Assembly (NCBI RefSeq): GCF_000284455.1
Contig: NC_017039.1
Span: 1,950,001 to 1,982,000, forward strand
Source of the DNA: Synechocystis sp. PCC 6803 substr. PCC-P
GTDB lineage: Bacteria; Cyanobacteriota; Cyanobacteriia; Cyanobacteriales; Microcystaceae
Direction: 5' to 3'
DNA length: 32,000 bases
The translations under genes and the position numbers were made by a program. Within the stretch, counting starts at the first letter, position 1, and every line of letters starts with the position of its first letter. Positions 8,464 to 15,173 of the stretch are shown piece after piece. The notes beneath the pieces are model-generated. The model did not search any database, had not been told where the DNA came from, and saw nothing but the letters and a program-made list of their open reading frames with translations.

Positions 8464-10107
8464 TTAACTGGAAATCGCCTCTTGATTAGTTAGCCCACAG
8501 GTTAATAAGCGCAGGCCGTATTCAATGCCTTCCACCACCGCCTGATAGGAAGCTTCTAAAATATTGCCCGATACTCCTACAGTGGTCCAACGGCGATCGC
8601 CATTGCTGGATTCGACGAGGACACGGGTTTTGGCGGACGTGCCGGCCCCTCCATCTAAAATCCGTACTTTGTAGTCAGTCAGGTGAAAATCGGCAATTTG
8701 GGGATAAAAACGGGTCAAGGCTTTACGCAGAGCTTGGTCTAGGGCCGAGACGGGGCCATTGCCTTCCGCTACTTCCAAGATATTTTGCCCATTAACAGTT
8801 ACTTTCACCGTGGCTAAGGCATTGCGATAAGCAGGATTTTCCGCCGGGGTCAGCAAATCACAGTGTACTTGGAAGCCCTGCACTAAAAATAGGGGTTGGC
8901 GATCGCCCATGGCCTGACGCATAAGCAGTTCAAAGCTGGCCTCCGCTGCTTCAAATTGGTAACCTTGCTGTTCTAAATCTTTGAGGGTTGCCAAAATAGT
9001 GCGGCAGGCGGGATTCTGACGATCTAGGGCAATGCCAAATAACTCCGCTTTAGATAAAACATTGCTCAACCCCGCTTGTTCTGACACCACAATACGCCGT
9101 TCATTACCAACCAAATTCGGGGCAATATGCTCATAGGTAAAGGGATTACGTTGCACTGCCGAGACGTGGATTCCGCCCTTATGGGCAAAAGCCGATCGCC
9201 CCACAAAAGGAGCATGGTCATCGGGGGCCAGGTTGACTATTTCACTGATTAAACGGCTAGTACTAGTGAGATGGGCTAGCTTTTCCGGTTCAATGCAATC
9301 GTAATCGAGTTTCAGTTGTAAATTGGGAATCAGAGTGCAGAGATTAGCATTGCCACAGCGCTCTCCGTAGCCATTGATGGTGCCCTGAACCATAGTCGCT
9401 CCAGCCTCCACCGCCAGGAGGGAATTGGCCACCGCTGTGCCACTGTCGTTGTGGGCATGGATACCCAGTTGGGGTTGACGATCGGATTGACCGTCCAGTC
9501 CTAAACTCCGTCGAACTTTAGTGGTAATTTCGCTGATTTGCCCCGGTAAAGTACCCCCATTGGTATCACACATCACGAGCCATTCTGCCCCGGCCTGCTG
9601 GGCTGTGGCTAAGGTTGCCAAGGCATAATCTGGATTAGCTCGATAGCCATCAAACCAATGTTCGGCATCGTATATCACCCGCCGCCCTTGGCTACGTAGA
9701 TAGGCGATCGTGTCGCTGATCATAGCTAAATTTTCCGCCAAGCTAGTTTGTAATCCCTCCAGCACATGGAGGTCCCAGGACTTGCCAAAAATGGTTACCC
9801 AGCGGGTTCCAGCAGAGAGAATCGCCTGGAGCATTTTGTCTGTTTCCACCGCTTTGTGGGGGCGACGAGTGGAGCAAAAGGCCACAATTTCCGCCTGCTC
9901 CAAGGGCTCTTCCTGTAATTGCCAAAAAAACTGCACATCCTTAGGATTGGCTCCGGGCCAACCTCCCTCAATAAAGGGAATACCCAATTGATCCAAACGG
10001 CGGGCAATGGTCAATTTATCGGTCAACGACAAAGAAATTCCCTCCCTTTGGGCCCCGTCTCGGAGGGTGGTGTCGTAGAGCCAAAGGGAAGTTTTCTTGG
10101 TAGCCAT
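8464..10107 (-). CDS. cimA: Citramalate synthase / 2-isopropylmalate synthase family (CimA-type)
   Basis: 547 aa. LYDTTLRDGAQREGISLS, the HAHND block and a LeuA-dimer-like C-terminal domain are present. The length and N-terminus fit the CimA clade rather than the long LeuA. I recall this locus as sll1564. Confidence 0.8.
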   Translation of the reverse strand: MATKKTSLWLYDTTLRDGAQREGISLSLTDKLTIARRLDQLGIPFIEGGWPGANPKDVQFFWQLQEEPLEQAEIVAFCSTRRPHKAVETDKMLQAILSAGTRWVTIFGKSWDLHVLEGLQTSLAENLAMISDTIAYLRSQGRRVIYDAEHWFDGYRANPDYALATLATAQQAGAEWLVMCDTNGGTLPGQISEITTKVRRSLGLDGQSDRQPQLGIHAHNDSGTAVANSLLAVEAGATMVQGTINGYGERCGNANLCTLIPNLQLKLDYDCIEPEKLAHLTSTSRLISEIVNLAPDDHAPFVGRSAFAHKGGIHVSAVQRNPFTYEHIAPNLVGNERRIVVSEQAGLSNVLSKAELFGIALDRQNPACRTILATLKDLEQQGYQFEAAEASFELLMRQAMGDRQPLFLVQGFQVHCDLLTPAENPAYRNALATVKVTVNGQNILEVAEGNGPVSALDQALRKALTRFYPQIADFHLTDYKVRILDGGAGTSAKTRVLVESSNGDRRWTTVGVSGNILEASYQAVVEGIEYGLRLLTCGLTNQEAISS

Positions 10108-10424
10108 GGGCGATGGATGGTGAGGGATACGGACAAAAATCCTGCTACCCTAATTCTAGATTAACTTTTTACTATTCCTGGGCAAAAATTTTAAAGTTTG
10201 TTCCATCTTGGTATCAAGACTTTGGCTGACCAAATTTAACTCTCAGCCGATGGGTAAAGCTTTATTAGATAGTAGATAGTGTGCCGACGGAGGGAGAATT
10301 CAAGCGACGTTCAAGTGTGATTGAGACCATACTGACGAATAAGTTCCAGGATTTGGCCACGGAGAGGATTATGTAGTTACTGGATTTGAAACAAACCGAT
10401 ATTAACCAGTTTCTTTTCTATTAG

Positions 10425-10628
10425 GAGATTAAGCGGAAGGGTCTTCAAGAGGGGGAGCCCGCATTAATGGCTTCTTCGGTTGGCGCGGACGAAATTGTCG
10501 ATTTTGCGGAGGTGGAAAAGTTTCTCGATACGCAGATAAAATGCTCTTCATCGGGAATGTATGTCTGCTTAGCGTTTGCGGTGGTGGTCCATTTGGAGCT
10601 AGAGATTTTGTTAGAAATAACCCTGTAA
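10425..10628 (+). pseudogene. Internal fragment of a polysaccharide/teichoate-type ABC transporter ATP-binding gene
   Basis: The translation ...DEIVDFAEVEKFLDTQIKCSSSGMYVCLAFAVVVHLELEILL matches the region from before the ABC signature (SSGM) to the Walker B start (EILL, expected ILLVDE). It is then cut off by a stop at 10626-10628. There is no Walker A upstream. Confidence 0.6.
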
Positions 10629-10652
10629 AATAAGATTCAAGCACAAACATCC

Positions 10653-11096
10653 ATGGACAACATTAAAATCGATCAGCTGTATGAAAAAGACTATAGCCAA
10701 TGGGCAGAAACCATGGCCGATTTGCTCCAATCGGGTAAATTTACGGAACTTGATATTGAAAATTTGGTGGAAGAGGTACGGGATTTGTCGAAGCGAGAAA
10801 GGGATCGCCTTCTGAGTAGTCTGCGGTTGATTGTCCATCATTTGCTGAAGTGGGATTATCAGCCAAAACGGCGCTCTCGCAGTTGGCAAGGAACAATAGA
10901 GTAAGAAAGAGCAAATATCGATCTCTACTTGAAAGATAGTCCTAGCCTAAAACGCTATTTGATTAATGAATCCCTATCAAAAATTTATCCTGCCGCCCGG
11001 GCCGATGGATTTAAGGAAACGGGTTTGGCTCTGCCTGATACCTGTCCCTATGGCATTGATGAAGTGTTGCATCGTGTGGTTTCCCTGGGTGATTAA
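10653..11096 (+). pseudogene. DUF29-family gene interrupted by an in-frame TAA at 10902-10904
   Basis: The N-terminal part reads YEKDYSQWAETMADLLQSGKFTELDIENLVEEVRDLSKRERDRL..KWDYQP. Reading through the TAA in the same frame continues with typical DUF29 C-terminal sequence (DSPSLKRYL...YPAARADGFKETGLALPDTCPY) to the stop at 11094-11096. Confidence 0.7.
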
Positions 11097-11197
11097 TCAT
11101 CAATTGTGTCGGTCCGGGGTAACGGTTTGTTACGGGTGTTAAGGGTTGGGAGTTTGTTGAGTAAGCTAATGAATGTCGGTTCTCAATTGGGATTCCT

Positions 11198-11336
11198 ATG
11201 TCGGACGTGATGATCCGGGGGTCAAATTTAGGCAAAAAGTACATGATTGGCCACCAAGCAGAAGGACGGTCTAATTATGTGGCGCTGCGAGATGTACTGA
11301 CAGATGGAGCCAGGTCCCTGGTAAAGCGGTTTACGG
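11198..11336 (+). pseudogene. 5' fragment of an ABC transporter ATP-binding gene (TagH/Wzt-like N-terminus only)
   Basis: MSDVMIRGSNLGKKYMIGHQAEGRSNYVALRDVL is the stereotyped N-terminus of polysaccharide-export ABC ATPases. The Walker A that should follow is missing. The frame instead runs into unrelated sequence. Confidence 0.6.
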
Positions 11337-11573
11337 TTGATAAAAATCGATCGCCTGCTTGGGGTCTATTCCAGTCCCGACAGAGATCCCCGTATGCACT
11401 CCGTCACCATTTCCCTGGTGGTTAAAGCGCAAGGTGATTTGCTCATTGGCGATCGCCAGGAAGTATCCGAGGTCAAAGCTTTTGCGGTGAAAGATTTACC
11501 GTTGGGAGCATTAAGTCACGACCACGATCAACAACTACAGGATTTTTTGCAGGGGGAAACAATCACTGCCTGA
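11337..11573 (+). pseudogene. 3' fragment of a NUDIX hydrolase gene
   Basis: IDRLLGVYSSPDRDPRMHSVTISLVV...LPLGALSHDHDQQLQDFL resembles the C-terminal half of NUDIX (ADP-ribose pyrophosphatase-like) proteins. The NUDIX box itself is absent. The fragment abuts the ABC 5' fragment. Confidence 0.55.
11449..11456. repeat. HIP1 octamer GCGATCGC, the last copy before island 1
   Basis: Read directly. The next perfect copy is at 15598-15605. Confidence 0.9.
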
Positions 11574-11732
11574 TTCCCAGTACTTCATCTTGGGTAAACA
11601 TTCCGTATAAATCAGCTAAGTTTTCAATCAGATCTTCAATTTTTTTTCAAGAAGTATGGGTGATTTTCATAATGCAGTTCGTTTGATGTAATTCAAATGT
11701 TTTTCAATAGTTTTGCAAAAGTTGTCTTCTAT

Positions 11733-14513
11733 TTAAAAGATATCTGCCCCTAGTGCTTTTCGTTTCAAGACTAATACACGAGGTCTGGCTCCTTTCTCTA
11801 GAGTAAACCCAAGACCTGACCGATATATCTCCGGCATGTAGTAACGTGCAATGTCATCTTTACCTCTATCTTCATAAATCACACCTATATCTTCCAGCAT
11901 TCTAATGGTTGCTTGGTTGATAGATAACGCATCCAAAGTAAAAGGTGCACGTTTCTGCTCTGGTGTGTATTCTGTTTCTACAATGTCAACCCATTTTTTA
12001 AATTCGGGATACTCTTCTTTGACTTCGCTAACTTTATCTTTGCTGCAAGGCTCTATTGCTCGTCTAATTGCTTGAGGCGGCAGAAGACGGCTTTCAGACC
12101 AACGCTCAAATTGAACTTCTCCACTTCTATCGATAGTGATATGTGCAGCATGATAGAGGAGTCGAACAATGTCCCTCGCTTGTAAGCGCCCCTTGAAATC
12201 TGACAATGCTGCATAAATCCAATTCGCGGTATGCGCCTCTTTTCCAGTATCTTTTCCCAATTTTTTTCCCCATAAATTTTCTAAACTGGTAACCAGTTCT
12301 TCTCGACTCAAACTATCCAAGACTTCTTCGTTGGCACCAATCACAGAAGCTTGACTACAAACCCAATAAGCCAATCTTAAAAATGAGTCTGCATCCCAAG
12401 ATAAGTCGTAAGGACTATAAAGGCTTTCAAATTGTGCGAGGTTTTGTGTAACTGAGTATCTTAAAAAATCACGTCTCAGAAGAATGATTAAGCCAAAGTT
12501 AGCCTGTCTAATTTCATTTAGTCTCTTGGGCAAATTAATTAACGTTCTTAACGCAATTTGTTGCCCTGAATCTACTACAGCCTCTGCAAAAATATCCTCT
12601 AATCCATCAAACAAAAAAATAAGGCGAACATTTTTTTGCTTTAAATAATCGTTTAAGATTAGCAAACTTGAAGAATCATTATTCTGTAATAAACCAACCG
12701 ACTTAGATATTTGCTGAATCCAAAATCTTGTCCACTCTGGTTCACTGCTAGACTTTTCAAGAAAACTTTTGATGCTGTCCTGAAAATCTGAGTGATAAAA
12801 TTCAAGCATAGAATCAGACAAAGCTTTCTGAGTTGACGCCCTGGCCTCTCTGACAATATTTTCTGCCGCATCCCTCAATGTACTTGACTGAAGTAGGGGA
12901 AAGATGTGAGTCCTTGGTTCGATTTCAGCTAAGTCTCTTGTTGCACGCCTTAGAAATGTTTCCCAGTATTTTAATCTAGAAAGTTGAACATATATAAACG
13001 TTTTTCCAGCTCCCTTAGCTCCAATCGAAACTACACGAGGTAATTCATTACGAAAAGTCGTTGCTAAATTTTTCAAAGATTCAGTGACTAATAAACTTTC
13101 TCCTTCACCACTTTCTGCAAATTCATACTGTTTACACACCTTTCTAAAATTACGAACTGATTCTAGAGAATTGTCAATTGTGAGATCTGCACTTGAAATC
13201 TGAGGGTCTTCTGTTAATTGAGATGCAGCCCATTCCCTTGCAATTCTCATCACTGAAGTTGAAGCTAATTTATTTTTTGCTTCCTCCCAAGAATTAACAT
13301 AAAGTAACTCTTGAGTAAAGTCTGTTTCCTTAATTTCTAATCTTGCAGAATATAAATTTTCATCATCGGACTGATCACCAGGATTATAAGCAGAGTTGAA
13401 TTTTTCTAAAGAATTCTCAAAGGCAGAAAGCTTTTTTAATTCAGGAGTTAGAAAACTAATAATTATTGATGGATCATAAAATTTTCCACTACTAATCTCT
13501 TCTTCAGAGGGAGCAATATGACTAATTTGCTCTAAAACGAGGCTCATACCAGCAGTAGATTGTTCTGTAGCTGTCGTTACAAAGAAACGCTGAATTCTGG
13601 GGTCAAAAATGATAGGACTCGAAATTTCGCTTAAGCCTGCCCGCAAATCTATTAGAACATAATCTGCGGATAATGCTATTCCTAACTGATGAAGAGCATT
13701 TCCACAAGACCATTCACCTTCAGGACTTCGAGCCAAATGCTCGGGTAAGACTGGAGTATCTAAAAGTTGTTCATTACTCAAGCAAGCTGGCAAAAAATAA
13801 AAGGTTGATCCCTCTTCATATCTAGGAGTTTTCTTAATCTCTTCTGCTAATAGCACAATAGTTTCTTGACGATCAATAGGAGTGTAGTGATAAGCTTCCA
13901 AAAAGTCAATAAAGGAAATTGCAGGTCGTTGTTTTTCTGATTTATCCCAATAGGTTAATCCTGGGGCTTCTAAATCCGCATCTACTACTAAAACAGTGAT
14001 TCTTTTATTGTGTTCTTTAGATGCTTCTAAAAGAGCAAATAAGAAAGAGGCCAAATGTAACGTCCTACCAACACCTCCTTTGAAAGAATAAAATGCAATG
14101 ATCTTTGGCGATGATAAAGCAGTTTCTGGAAAATGAAATTTCGAAGTTAATTTAACTAAATCAATATTACTATCTGAATCACTGCTTATATATGCAATTT
14201 CCTGCCAGAAAGGACGAATAAAACCTGAAATATCAAATTGTGAAGGTTCATTTTCATAAAACTCAATAGGCAAAGCTGCATCGCCAAGATCTAAGCGAAT
14301 AAGATTCTGATCTAGCTGATACCAGTCTTGAAACCACTTAGTTAAAATTCCTTGAGCAGCCTCTATACAGTTCAAATTTGGAATCCCAATTTCTAGTGCA
14401 TCAGAAAAGCATGAAATCGAATTAATACAATCTGGCAGTTTTTCTCCATTGAAAGTAATTTTACGAATAAATCTTTTAACATCTAGCCAAGTCAAATATT
14501 TCAAAGATCTCAT
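11733..14513 (-). CDS. Large dual P-loop protein. It has an N-terminal domain of unknown function, a ParA/MinD-like ATPase with a KGGVGR variant Walker A, a NACHT/STAND-like NTPase and a C-terminal helical region. No known function.
   Basis: 926 aa from ATG 14513, or 939 aa from the upstream GTG at 14552. Numbering on the 939-aa ORF: KGGVGRT at 158-164 (nt 14061-14081), VLVVDADLEAP at 187-197, YVLIDLRAGL at 298-307. The second, canonical Walker A GAKGAGKT is at 511-518 (nt 12999-13022). Its Walker B LIFLFDGLED is at 644-653 (nt 12594-12623), followed by LIILLRRD. The gene is AT-rich and HIP1-free. I recall the locus as an unknown protein (sll1563). Confidence 0.8.
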   Translation of the reverse strand: MRSLKYLTWLDVKRFIRKITFNGEKLPDCINSISCFSDALEIGIPNLNCIEAAQGILTKWFQDWYQLDQNLIRLDLGDAALPIEFYENEPSQFDISGFIRPFWQEIAYISSDSDSNIDLVKLTSKFHFPETALSSPKIIAFYSFKGGVGRTLHLASFLFALLEASKEHNKRITVLVVDADLEAPGLTYWDKSEKQRPAISFIDFLEAYHYTPIDRQETIVLLAEEIKKTPRYEEGSTFYFLPACLSNEQLLDTPVLPEHLARSPEGEWSCGNALHQLGIALSADYVLIDLRAGLSEISSPIIFDPRIQRFFVTTATEQSTAGMSLVLEQISHIAPSEEEISSGKFYDPSIIISFLTPELKKLSAFENSLEKFNSAYNPGDQSDDENLYSARLEIKETDFTQELLYVNSWEEAKNKLASTSVMRIAREWAASQLTEDPQISSADLTIDNSLESVRNFRKVCKQYEFAESGEGESLLVTESLKNLATTFRNELPRVVSIGAKGAGKTFIYVQLSRLKYWETFLRRATRDLAEIEPRTHIFPLLQSSTLRDAAENIVREARASTQKALSDSMLEFYHSDFQDSIKSFLEKSSSEPEWTRFWIQQISKSVGLLQNNDSSSLLILNDYLKQKNVRLIFLFDGLEDIFAEAVVDSGQQIALRTLINLPKRLNEIRQANFGLIILLRRDFLRYSVTQNLAQFESLYSPYDLSWDADSFLRLAYWVCSQASVIGANEEVLDSLSREELVTSLENLWGKKLGKDTGKEAHTANWIYAALSDFKGRLQARDIVRLLYHAAHITIDRSGEVQFERWSESRLLPPQAIRRAIEPCSKDKVSEVKEEYPEFKKWVDIVETEYTPEQKRAPFTLDALSINQATIRMLEDIGVIYEDRGKDDIARYYMPEIYRSGLGFTLEKGARPRVLVLKRKALGADIF

Positions 14514-14977
14514 TACGAATTTAGCTCCTGTCGAATCCACTCTGATATACACATCAACTGCTTTTCCAGTTTATCGTCTTCTATTGTCCTCAATGAAGAA
14601 CTGCTATTGACAGTATCAATCAAGCATCCGCCATATCGCCACGCCTGATTGATTTTTCCCGCATCTATCTTTCGCTCAATCTTTTTACCTTTGATTTGAA
14701 TGGGCTCCATTTGAAGAGATGCTGATAACTTTAGAGACGGTGCTGCACTTAAATAGTCTAGCAATTTATTAATATTGTGCTGTGCTTCTGTAATTTCATC
14801 ACAAAAGCTTGTGCAGGATGCAGATTGTCGTTTCATCAAAACTGCTTTGAGTCCACATTCTATTGAATAAAATAATAAAAGTCTATGGGCATTAGTGCGT
14901 GAACAATGAGTAGATGCCTGGAGATTGTTTCGCCATGCTTTCTGCATTTCTCTGTCTGTAAATGGTACGGAAGCCAT
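14513..14977 (-). CDS. Small hypothetical protein (154 aa), possibly HEPN-like. It is the first gene of the two-gene module.
   Basis: The ATG is at 14977 and the stop TAA at 14515-14513 overlaps the downstream ATG (TAATG). The helix pair AHRLLLFYSIECGLKAVLMKR ... EAQHNINKLLDYL resembles the E-x-x-L-K-A ... H-x-I-x-x-L core of HEPN-fold proteins; this is pattern recognition only. I recall the locus as an unknown protein (sll1562). Confidence 0.6.
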   Translation of the reverse strand: MASVPFTDREMQKAWRNNLQASTHCSRTNAHRLLLFYSIECGLKAVLMKRQSASCTSFCDEITEAQHNINKLLDYLSAAPSLKLSASLQMEPIQIKGKKIERKIDAGKINQAWRYGGCLIDTVNSSSSLRTIEDDKLEKQLMCISEWIRQELNS

Positions 14978-15173
14978 AATTTTAATTGATCACTTGTCTC
15001 TCGGTTAATAGAAGTCTTGTCGGATTTTTATTGAAATTACTACGATGTAGTAGTGGCGACTAAAGAGAACTTCAATCAACCAACTAACACCCTATAATAC
15101 GTAATAATTTGAAGCAGGACCCCGATGACTCAAGAACCCTGTACAATTTTGCCTTTCTTATTCATTTACTTAT

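Noticed and set aside
10429-10650. 73-aa ORF on the - strand upstream of the DUF29 gene.
   Set aside because: The + strand of the same DNA translates to a recognisable ABC ATPase fragment (SSGM...EILL). The - strand product is Pro-rich with no features, so it is most likely spurious.
11574-11732. Short - strand reading frame (KKIEDLIENLADLYGMFTQDEVLGIRQ) between the NUDIX fragment and the large ATPase gene. It could be an antitoxin-like remnant or the island border.
   Set aside because: It has only about 27 codons, no start codon or RBS, and overlaps the NUDIX fragment end. I cannot assign a family, and I found no flanking direct repeats that define the island ends.
12659-12871. 70-aa ORF in an alternative frame within the large ATPase gene.
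   Set aside because: It is on the same strand in an overlapping frame inside a long, motif-supported ORF, with no independent signals.
14840-14905. RTNAH in the small protein as a catalytic HEPN R-x(4-6)-H motif.
   Set aside because: The spacing is R-x3-H, outside the canonical range, and the motif sits at the wrong end of the putative helix pair. The HEPN-like call therefore rests only on the general helix pattern, and I cannot claim RNase activity.
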